DNA from: Balanoglossus misakiensis
Taxonomy: Eukaryota; Animalia; Hemichordata
Direction: 5' to 3'
NCBI GenBank assembly: GCA_040954595.2
Contig: CM082578.2
Span: forward strand, 401,740 to 465,739
Length of the DNA stretch: 64,000 nucleotides
In this document: one piece after another, positions 50,701-62,200 of the stretch
Layout: every line of letters begins with the position of its first letter
Numbering within the stretch: position 1 is the stretch's first letter
Translations under genes and position numbers: made by a program
Notes under the pieces: generated by a model
Told to the model about the DNA's origin: nothing
The model's database searches: none
The model's input: the letters and a program-made list of their open reading frames with translations, nothing else

Positions 50701-52319
50701 CTCTGAAGTTTAGCTTGGTTTCTCCCTTCAAAACGACAGCAAGTGGCTGATATGCTTCGTTGTAGAACTCCTCCATATACTCCTGAAGGTGCCTTACCCA
50801 ATCTTCATTTACTTCACGGATTTGTTTTCCAACTTCCATTGATTTGATGCTTATAAGATATGTTCCTATGAAATGGTGAAATATCAAATACCATTGTCAA
50901 TTATATTCACAAAGATTACTCATAAAAACAGAAAATCTTTTTCTGTATTGATATTGTTACTGTAAGTTACTGTTACAAGTTTATTGCTAAAATGCACACA
51001 ATATTGCTTCAGCCGTGCACGTATTACAATATGGGACTTTCTAGCTGAATTTAGTTACCACCGTATAAAACAAGTCTTTCTAGAAAGATACAAGCTGCCA
51101 CTTCTAGTGTCTAAGCTTGATTCACGTTTACATACCAATATGACAACTTCTGATACTTTTCTTCATCGCTTCGGTTTCTTTGTCAATTTCAGCAACCTTT
51201 TCGTGTATTTTCTTTCGCTTTTGTAGAGATGGTATGGCCAGTGCTCTGGCTTGATCACACAGCCTTTTCCTCTTCCTTGATTTTTTTTTCCTTGGAGTTT
51301 GAGTTCTGGATAAAAGAAAAAATACACAGAATTACTTCTTTTTGTGAAGAAGCAAATTTTTAGATAAGTAGGAAAGAAACGTAGTTTCACGCATCTCAGA
51401 CATCATGCATCATTCTTAAACACATTTTGAGTTCATCATTGTCATAAAAGTCTAGTGAGAGACTTATCAAGCAATATGTCCCTGATTATGTTGCAATTTC
51501 AAAGATGAAATGAACTCATGGTTTTAATCTAGAAAGAAAACATGACACATTTTGCATCTTTCATGACATGTCCATTGCCAGATATTTATCTGCTGTGTTC
51601 TGCTAGAAATTTACCTGTAGAAAATGTTAAAGCCAAAAATCATGTTGGACTCTCACAGGAATTTCAAGTCGTTCAAAAAATGTTTATAGGGATAAACTGT
51701 GTTTACGCCATCTTGGAAATTTGCAGTGCATTATGGGTCAATTGAGTTCCGGTTGGGGGGGAGTAGCGTCTACAACCTATCCAATTTTCCAGCGATTTTG
51801 TCAGATTTTCTTCAAGTAACGTTAGTAGTTGTAGTTACATGAAGAAAATTTGACTAAACCGCTGAAAAATTGGATAGGTTGTAGACGCTACTCCCCCCAA
51901 ACCGGAACTCAATTGACCCATAATGCACTGCAAATTTCCAAGATGGCGTAAACACAGTTTATCCCTATAGGGTAGGTTTGGTTACTTTAAACTGACAATA
52001 TATTTGTGAGCCTCAACACTTACCCTGCGGTATTTGGTTCTGAACTAGGGTTATTTTCCTCTACACTTGGGCAATCTTCCTCTTCATCCATGTCATCTTC
52101 ATCAGACAATTCCACACTTGACACAGACATAGTACTGCACGGTGATGAACTTGTCTCCCCATCTTGATTTTTTTCCAATTCCAGCAGCCTATTGAACTCT
52201 TCTGCGAAGTCAACTGGAGTCTGATAATCTCGTAATTTCCGAGAAAATTCACTCTTGTTCCAGGTGAACGATGAACGAGAGAGCTTGAAGGGATTTTCAA
52301 CTGGAAGACTGAATACAAT
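47706..52319 (-). CDS. Multi-exon gene: acidic tract, basic NLS-like stretch, ParB/Sulfiredoxin-like domain, helical region, possible degenerate DNA-methyltransferase-like domain; 5' and 3' ends not resolved
   Basis: Phase-compatible exons 52319-52024, 51305-51136, 50865-50693, 50249-50043, 49476-49387, 48912-48289, 47898-47706 splice without a stop. Motifs QIREVNEDWVRHL, YEVIGDQHSYLA, AVVYADLNEEQRLWLGNQHN, GIDLTLIDMP. Confidence 0.75.
51687..51967. mobile_element. ~280-bp fold-back MITE with TA target duplication (Tc1/mariner-like), intronic
   Basis: Near-perfect inverted arms of >105 bp (TAGGGATAAACTGTGTTTACGCCATCTTGG.../...CCAAGATGGCGTAAACACAGTTTATCCCTA), flanked by TA. Confidence 0.85.
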
Positions 52320-55300
52320 CTAGTATGAGAAATAACAGTTTGTTAGTGAACTATAGTTTCAAAAGTTACTACATCATGCACAGCACCAACATAAATCTAC
52401 ACAGCTTAGCTTGAGTGGTCTGGTAGTCTATGCACCAAAATAAACATGTTTTGCTTGCAAAGATGTTGCTGCAGTTGCCTTAGGGTTTGAGCGATGCTGT
52501 TATGACATATGGGCAAATCCATCTTGAAAATCCCACAGCATTACGATATGATTATAAACTTAATCTGAACTCTGAATGATGGTTCTGTGGGAGAAAGATT
52601 GAAAATAGCGTTGTTTCTTGGTGCAACATCTACAATATGGCTCCAGTGACATGCCTCCCAGTTTACCCCTCCGATTGCCCCATAATGTTTTGCGATTTTT
52701 TAAAAGAACCCTTATCATAGTCTTGGTTACCCAGACTCCTCTTTTTCTCCCTTTGGGCACTCCAGAAAGAAGGTCTAGGGGAAATACCAAGACTAAGCTT
52801 TTCACTGAGCCAATGGCCGGCCACGGCAAATAAGAAATTCACATGAACATACATGTATGGCATAGTCAGCAGCACAGTGGATTCCCAACAATACAAAACT
52901 GGTCAGTTTTTTTTTTCAATCTGTGGCATGTTATTGAATGTGGTTTATTGAATGTGGTCAGGTGCACAAGAAAAGCTAGAACTGATTTGAAAAACTGATT
53001 GGCCCATGTATAACGCCCCTGCTTTAGCTGGGTATGTAGAGAACTACGCGAGGCCCTAGTGTTTTCTGGTTTCCAATTTTCAAAGACAATGTTACGCCAA
53101 TGTTGTACCTTTTTCGGGTCCCAAACACGTTCGACGACGTCACGTCGTCAGGTTAAAAGTCATTTCAAAGCCCGGGAACTCACATACCTACACAACGCAG
53201 GGCTAAGGCTATGACGTCATGATGCAAAACCCATACTTTTCATTAGCTTTGTGTACACGATCAACGCCGCTGGTTTGGGAAACGCGATCGTTGATCGAGT
53301 ATTGCATAGCCACATACGATTCAATGAATTTGAGAGTACGAGACCAGAAATATTACATCGCAGTGGCCTGGAGCACAGTCGCCTGGGAGTTGGGTCGTAA
53401 ACACTGCGCCGTGTATACGATCCAACTCCCAGTCGACTGTGCCTAGTCTAGGGATACCACAAGCATTTGTAATGGCGCCCATTTTTGAAGTTGGCTAAAT
53501 AAACGGATCACGACCGGAACTGAAGCAAGATAAGACCTTAAATACTTACCTTGACAAAGTCATCGTTTTTTCGGCATGGGCACCACTATCATAGGCTACA
53601 ACTGTCCTTACTGCGCTGTATGGAGTGCTTTTCTTTTGCGGATGAAGTTTTGAGGGGCCACTGTCCTTGTAGTCGAAATATACAAACACGGCATCGTTTT
53701 CCCGTTCGAACCACCAACGGCGCGCTCTAGGCATTTTGGACAGGCAATCACTGAGCTCTCGTCGTGTTCTGAATTCATACTGTACAAGTTCAAGTTTATA
53801 TACACCAACAAGAAGCCCATGTCGCCGACGAGGCTGGCGACGCTTTGCATAATTAAGTCAATCCGCATTGACATTTCACCTCCCAGGGAATATTTGCATT
53901 TTAAAGGTCATGGTGTCAGCCGTGGCACACACCTGTACACGTACATAGGATCTGGGAGTACATGTATTTGTGACTGCAAAAGTACTAATAATCGATATAG
54001 GCCTATACATTAAATAAATGTTTTAGATGTGTTGGACAATATTTGCTGGTGTAATTAACACTCCTCCACTCTTCAACGGGGAAATCAGTAAATCAAAATG
54101 GATGCAACTGCATGATGCACCATATAGGGTATGACCGTAATTGTGAACCCGAACATAGAAAGACAAGTCTCTTTATACAGTGTGGCAACAGCTACGTGCC
54201 CTCACCGTCCCTCCGAACGCCGGCCGAAGCCTATACTAGTACTTAGTAAACTCTTTTTATTTCAACAGAAGGAGTTTGTTTTCCGTAGGTTCGTGTTGCG
54301 AAAAATAGGCCAAAGGCAGCTCTTGCTGGCGAGAATGAGAAATAAATGTGTTCCCGGTCACCCTAAAACTTTTTTTCTTGGGAGTTAGCTCTGCGTACAG
54401 GTCTGTGTGTTCCCGGCGTTACACGGTTACCGGTTGAGATAGACATATTGCATACAGGCTTAGGCCCAGGCCTACAGCGAGTTTATTTCCATGGGTAGGC
54501 CTAAACACAAAGGTTTTAGAAAGCGAGCGATTCGGACGTTATAAGAAGTAAATCACATCATATTTGGACTTGTTTAGGTGTTAGAAGTAGACAGGGAAAG
54601 GATTTTCCCCCCGCAAACATCGAATTTCGGCTGAAAAGCTGCGGCCCGGACGCACCAGTTTTGTCTATGGAGCCGTGCAGGGCCGTGGTGGAGGCCGTGT
54701 AACGCCGGGAGCACACACACAGACCTGTACGCAGGGTAACTCGGGAGTGAACTTTAATAAATGGGGTGAAAATCGGGTGTGATTTCAGATTGAGATCCAG
54801 GTTTAATGACACTTGCTTTTAATCGTTTATTTCTCCTTATATTTCATGTTTTCCCCCGACACAATATATATTTTCTGTTAGCTTTATAGGCCTACTTAAT
54901 TTTCGGTTCTCTTTCTGTTTTGCGAAAATGCACAATTTTCAGTATGTTTACTCAAAGAATTGTAAATAAAAAGACAGTGCCTCCAGGTGATCGACACCTG
55001 GATATATTGGAGAAAATAACTTACCATGGAATTTTGATATTCACTTATTCACTTTTGTTTTCGAACAATGAGACTTTTGAATTGCCAACTGTCAATTTTT
55101 TGCATAAAAACGATTATAAATAGTACTTACTCACTGTGTTGTTATGTTTTAATGAAGTAGTATAATACTTGAGACTTGAGAACAAGCCATTTTAATCTAG
55201 AACGTTGTGCACGTTCATAAATCGGGGGAGAATCGGGGAAAAACGACACCATTACTGACAGAGTACAATATTGATTTGTTATACAGCAAACACGGGGCTG

Positions 55301-56595
55301 TTAATCCCCGACACTGATAACTTCTCGAAATGACACTAATCCCGTTAAGTACACACTTAGCCCGTTAAGTACTAGTGTACACTTCTGAAAACCCATTTTT
55401 ATCTTATTTTCTCACTCCTACAGTAACATGTTTTAGTAATTGTACATTTGGGGGTGTTTCATTGCTCTGTGCCCGGTAAATTAGTCTATGCCACGGAGCA
55501 TGATGATCGGGTCCTGATGGAAGCCATAGTTGACAATCATGCTGGAAGTCGCTTGACAAAGTATGCCTGTCAAACTTCCTGTTTTTGCTGCTAGCCTAAC
55601 TTTCGAAAACTCAGATTTGCATATCTTGAAGTTATCCCCTGGGCTCCTGTGAATTGGTTACCAAACTTCAACACTAATCCGGTGACAATTAATCAGAAAC
55701 GTTGGCTTCTCCAGATTTCTGGTAGGAAGCTACGGGGATGACAGTAGGAATAGTTTTGGTTTTAGTCCCAGCTTAGCTACTCGCTTCAGAGGGATGAAAT
55801 GGTTCGATATGAACGGCACTGTCCGCAGACAAAGCAGCGAAATGGGTTTTTCGAGCTTGACACTTTTATTTATACCACACTGTAATACGGAATGATCTGC
55901 AAGAAGTTTAAATGAAATGTTAGAATACAGAATACACGATAGGGAAAGTACGGTACAAAAAACAGACTCTTACTTAGGCCTACCCCCACCCCCCTCAGGA
56001 GTTTACCACTCCAGTACCACGCATAACCAGCTGGTACGCGCATGGTGTGAATAGGTGTGAATATTGGGACCAGGGTACCCCCCTGGCCTCATCATGTACT
56101 GGAGGTGTGAATCGGGACCCCTCGAAATAAACAGTTTGTATATAGTCTCGGTCCCAGGTGTTTCTAGACTAAACCTCACAGGCACCTCCAGGACTAAACC
56201 AATGATGGTTATCTCAGGTGTTTGGAGCGAGTGTGCCTATACGTATAAATGACAAATTTGTACAATTATTTGTCCATTCTTTAACTCGTTTGATGGTTTC
56301 ATTTAGTTCGTTACTCATAGGAAAGTGATATTATTCACTAGATCTTTAGAATGAGACGTACATATACATTTGGGTTGCCGATTGGCTACACCTACCCCCC
56401 CCCCCCCCCACACACACACACACATCTGGAACGGTCGAATCAGCTTCCGGTGGAAGGAAGCGAAATCTGTCTTTGCTGAAGGCGAAGGTTACTCCCGGCT
56501 GTTCACGTTCATACGTCAACATCGCTACGCAAACGCTCACGCTCGCCATCGTTTACGATCGCATTTAACAGATATTTCTTGCATACCTACTTTTA

Positions 56596-57386
56596 GGCTG
56601 CATTCACAAACACCTCTGGAGGAGGGGGGGGCGGGAGAATTCAATTTTTTTTACCGCTAATTTTCACATGCCCCCCTTCCAAACTGCCAATATTTTCAAA
56701 TCCCCCCTTTCCGAACTGCCAAAATTTTGAAATCCCCCCCCCATTTTCTTTCACAGAGCAAAACACATCACCTATCTATCTTGTAAAAAGAAAAACAGCA
56801 TTCCCATGAAAAGAATTTGAAACTGATATTTCCCCTCATCAGTGGGTATTAAAACTGAACATTGTTTTTATTTTTTAAGTACATATATTTGTATTCTGTG
56901 TTTGGAGACATTGTAAACCGATAATTGAAGGGGGTGGGTTTGGTTCCCACGTAAGAAAATTTTCTAAAATACAGAGCTCAAAGCTGCATTTTAATGAACC
57001 CGGCAAAAGCAAATTAACTCCAACTACCGGTATGTTGGGGAGGACAAATTTAACCGTCGCCGCTCAAAGTTATCATGGGGTGGGGGCAAGTCCCCTGACC
57101 TGGGACACTAGATAAACCAGTCAATGATTGAAAGGTGTTGATGAATGGAGGGGGTGGGTGTGGGAGGGGGTGTCCCCCTCCCACATTAGAAAATTTTGTA
57201 AAATAAAGGGCGCGAAACTGCATTTTTGTGGACTCAAAATAAATATTTAGTCGTTAAAGTTTTCAAGTCCCCCCCTTTCAGTCCCTAAATTATTTCAAAT
57301 CCCCCCCTTACATACCCTTAATTTTTTCAAATCCCCCCCTCAATTCTCCTGCCCCCCCCCCTCCAGAGGTGTTTGTGAATGCAGCC
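56596..57386. mobile_element. ~790-bp MITE with TTA TSD (PIF/Harbinger-like)
   Basis: TIR GGCTGCATTCACAAACACCTCTGGAGG.../...CCTCCAGAGGTGTTTGTGAATGCAGCC; TTA at 56593-56595 and 57387-57389; subterminal TTTTCAAATCCCCCC repeats. Confidence 0.9.
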
Positions 57387-59209
57387 TTAGTTCTTGTCTA
57401 TCGTATTAATCGTCGTCGTTCGTCTGTCATCGTTTTTCTAGAAGGTTTTTGAGAGTTTTTTAAAGGCCAAAGACTTCGGAGCACTGCAGTGAAGGAGGTG
57501 AGTTGAGTTTTCAGTGTGTACACAATGTTTGTTACTTTCGCTCGGGCGAACCAGTTCTAACTCTTGTGTATGTCTGAATTTGCCATGTTTCTGTAAGTGA
57601 GACCAGATCAGAGTACACCCGAACAAGATGGATTCAGTTATTTTGTCGATGATTTTGTTTTCTTTTCTTTTTAGTCACTTGTCTAATAACTCTTTTCACT
57701 TTCAGCGTCCAGTTTTCACACTTGACTGAAAGTAGGGAGTTCAGAATCCAATATGGCGGCTACACGAACTGCCGTACACAGTAAAATATTCCGTAGTTCT
57801 AAAATGACAATTTCTCGCTCTGACAACTTGGCAAAGTAGCTCATTGAAGTTATTTTCTATAAGCTGAGTAATTTTATTCACGTAATATATAGCATGCTGT
57901 GTTTTGTCTCCCTCGGGGAAACTTCCACTTGGGCCGACTGCACACAATCGTGGACGAGAGCCAATAGGTACTAAGCTTTGAAAGTAGTTTCAAATGATAG
58001 CCAATGAGATTAGCTGTAATATGATATTTTGAGCAATATTGACAGTTTTTGACCAAAATTCCATTAAAATTAGCGTATGCAGATGTGGATATCTGGAGAA
58101 GTAGTTGGCCGATTTGGATTTTTTTTTACTTCTTTAATGAAGATGCAAAAAAATATTTCATGAAAAAAATGAGCTATCATACAGATAAAATTTTCACTGT
58201 ACTCCCAACTGAAACACACCCCCTTCCAAATCCCCATGCGAACCAACTTGCTAATTGTTGTGACTTTTTTTGTAATTGTGCAAAGTTGCTGATTTGTCAA
58301 CATTTTCGTTCTTTCCTTCTCGTGAAAAACTAAGTTAAACAACACCAAGTCCCTCTTTTGAAAGCTTGGATGTGAACTTTAAAAGCACAGGTTCGCACTT
58401 TCTTTTTATTTGTGTGCGACACTTATTAGCATAACAAACAGCAGGATGAGTATCACTTGTACTTGTAGTAGTTGTGTATGAAAGTCATATGCAAATTATG
58501 CTGGCACTTTCTCAAATTGTCTCCACAATTCAGAAACAAAAATGATTAAGACTTTGGCACGAAGGTGTTATGAAAGGGGGCGTGGCGCATCTGTAACATG
58601 GGCTTGTTTCTGTGTTCTAATAGTCTAGTTTATAATTTCTCAGTCTAAGTTTACTACTCTCAAATTATAGTTTCATAGCCTAACTTGTTTACTACTCTCA
58701 AATTATTTAAAGTAGCTGATAAAGTGTCATGTTATATTTTTTCTTTCTTTCAGTGTATTTCCTGACCTGTAGTTTCCAGTGGAAAGGGTTTGGTTAAACG
58801 TTTGGCCGACTTGTCTTTTATATTTATAATCAGTGCAATTTTTATGTTTGTCAGTTTGTAATTCTACAAATTTTTGAGATACATATATTGTTTCCTCAAC
58901 ATCCCACAATACTTTTGTAAAAGTCATTTACTCTGTCAGTGTTTTAGTCTTCTCTATTGTGTTTTCTTAATATTGATGTAATAGTGGTATCACTAACTTT
59001 TAATCTGTGACTATATATACTGACATCAGTTAAGTCTAACTGTTATTAATTGAATATTAATATTTTATCCTAATTTTGCTTGGACTAATACATTGTTTAC
59101 ACTTTTTATAATCCTAACCAGAGATTGTGTTTTTATTTTTTATAAACCTAATCTTAGATAATTATTTTTTGTGCTTTTCCATAATAAAAGTGTTGCTTTT
59201 TTTCCTGAT

Positions 59210-62200
59210 ATGGATAATTCTGATAATCTAACTGTTGATCATTTCATGGAATGCACATTTACAGAGCAGGAGAAATTTCTAGGCCACAGAGGGATACGAG
59301 CAGATGATAAACAGGAGCAGCTGGCTGAAAACGAAGAAAAATGTACAGATGAAGAGTCAGACGTCAGAACAGACTGTTGGAGTTCCACGAGCGATTGCGG
59401 AACTGGTACCAGCATAGCCAGTTTTTGCCCAGGTCACCAAAACATTGTCAACTCGGACAACATTCCTGAATGCTCCCGTCCTGCCTCCTTGGTCGCAGCC
59501 ACTCTTTCTACTGCAAGCAGTTACACAACAACAACAATAGCAACACATGCATTCTCAAGTGATGAGCCTGGCGAGCACAGTTCTGCAGATGGTGTCGTTG
59601 CCGAGAAGATGGAAAAAGACAGTGACGTGTCGCCTCCAAGAAAAAGATATCGTCGTTGCAGTCGCCGAATTTCCCAGCCATTGCGCAATTATACAACTGT
59701 TTACAATATTCGTTGTTGTGACTCGAAATGCCTTCACTCATTCTCACCAAGCGAGCTGCGTGAAGAGGAGATGATGTTTAAAGACCTTGGCAATGAGTCG
59801 AGACAAAAACAGTTTATTATTGACACTCTCCGCCAGTTTTCTTCATTCACCTACTCAAAGAACAGAAGAAAGGCCATTGTCACGGACCTCAAAGTGCTTG
59901 GTAAGAAAACATGTGAACAAGCATGGCGTGAAATCTATAATGTTAGTGAGAAAAGATAAGAAGATTGTGTCAGACTTTTCCGTGACGGCAAGGTGAACAT
60001 TGTACATGGCAACACACATATGAAAAGGTCAGCAGCCAAAACTGAGAGAGCCTTGTCGTGGATGCGGTTTTTATTTGAGCGAATCGGTGATTGGATGCCT
60101 CATAAGACTCAGGTAGGTTATTTCAAATCCTTATTTTAATTGAAGTTTCAAAGCTTCAACTCATGTCTGACAAACTTTGCACCAGTAACAAGGTGTGTCA
60201 CATCTTTTTGAAAGTGTGAATGATCTGTGTAATACAGATGGAATACAGAAATAATCTTTACCAGATATAATCAACCGATTGAATTGACCAATTTAGCTGT
60301 GATTTGAGAATTGTAGGGCCTTTGTGATCAGTTTAGGACCAACATCTGCGGTACTGTTTGTTTGTGTGCGAGTCCCTTCACTACAAAAACATGAGAACCA
60401 CCTCATGTGTCAAGTCATGTTGTATTCATAGGGTGATGCGTCCTGGACTTGCCCTTTATATCATCCTCTGCTCATGAACACATTTTGTGTTTATAAACAA
60501 CGAGTTTGTAACTTATGTTTGTACTGTACATGTTATCATTTATCTAGGTACATTTGCCAACATCATCTTCAAAGAAACTATTCCATAAAAGAATGCTGAA
60601 AGAGTTTGAGGAAGACTTGGGTATCAAGAAGGACGACAACATTAAATATGAGTATTTCACAGAAATATGGCAGAAACACCTGCCAGAATTTGTCATTCCA
60701 AAGGTTAGTAGGAAACATTTGGAGGAAATTTGTCATCAGTTGCATATGTGTCAGGACTAATTTTCAGATGATGCTTTTTAAAAGTTCTTTCTGATTGAAG
60801 CTAGTCGATAGTTCAAGAGGGCATCAACAGATGCTGACCAGAGGGGGGGGGGGGGTGTTTAGGGCAACTTTTGTCATTTTCAACCTAAAACATGCAACCA
60901 CCAATTGGGCATACTTTCTGCTATATAGTACTTAAATTGCTTTGCTGTCCTATTTTAGAGGTAATTAGATCAGCAGTAGACCATATGTATCAAAGAAAGT
61001 TAACATTCTTGATTGTATCAATGAATAGATCAAGTGTAAATAATGTATCATTGATGTGATTTTTTTTCTGATTTTACAGCGTCAAGAATTTGTGAAATGT
61101 AGCATATGTGTTCAGCTGAAGGAGGACCTTGCTCGGGCAAGAACAGCAACGGAAAGAGAGAAGATAAAGAATTTGATTGACACACATGTGCAGCAGGTTG
61201 AGTAAGTATACAGTTTGGGGAACTAAAAAAAACTAGATTGTGTATGAAAATGTAATCGGACAAGCTTGACAAATGTCTTTAGAAATATTTTTTATTCAGT
61301 TTTAATTGAGAAGTACCGGTATGCTTTCATGACGATTTGATAGAATGGACTATAATTAACCCCTGAACATCTCTTTAATGTTACAGACCAGCTCATGAGT
61401 TTTTCTGAAATAGTCACTTTTACTAAAATGGACTGTTTTCATTACCGTAGGGTGTAAATGCAGGTTTAACTCAATGAAAAATATGTATGTTGTGTACACA
61501 ATTATATTTTCATTGTTTCTTTACAGGATTGAAAGACGGGTGTACCACAATACACGAGAACAAGCTAGAAAAGAGGCAGATGAAGTAATGTGTATAATCC
61601 AAGATGGCATGGACCAAGCAAAAACCTGTATTCCCCATCTTGTTGAGAATGACAAGTTGACTGCATGTCTTGCTCGTATAAGACTTCATCTTACTGGTAA
61701 GATAAGATTTTAGAAGGGTTGGTTGGCCATGGCATCTGTATGTTTTCTTTGGTTATGTGTACGTCAGTCAAATGACACATCATGAGGTTTTGTTGTGCAA
61801 ATGTACCCCACTGTGTTACACATGAATTATTGTCAGTCAATTATCTTTTGCTCCGTTTGTTTTTTACTGAACACCTACACATTCATATTTTTACATTTTA
61901 GGAAATATCATTCACACAAATGTACCAGGGGGCAAGATAGTGCCAGCGTATTTGGATGTACTGAACTTTCCACATGACAGCAATCTGTCGATGAACCTCA
62001 TTTTGCAGACTTTAGTAGACAACAAAGTCAGACTATCAAGGAGATTGTTTGCCCAGATGGACAATTGTTACCGGGAGAACAAGAATAGATACATGCTGTC
62101 TCTTGGACATCTTCTGGTTGAGTTGAACATATTTGACCAGGTAATAATTTATTTACTTCATGTACAGTTGCATGCAAATTGTACCATTACTATATTGTTG

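Noticed and set aside
53546-53874. First coding exon of the minus-strand gene
   Set aside because: A good donor exists at 53549, but the frame needed to join exon 52319 has stops just upstream; left out of the model.
54493-55985. 12-bp inverted repeat GGGTAGGCCTAA/TTAGGCCTACCC as TIRs
   Set aside because: Built on the palindromic TAGGCCTA motif, which recurs several times nearby; no TSD seen.
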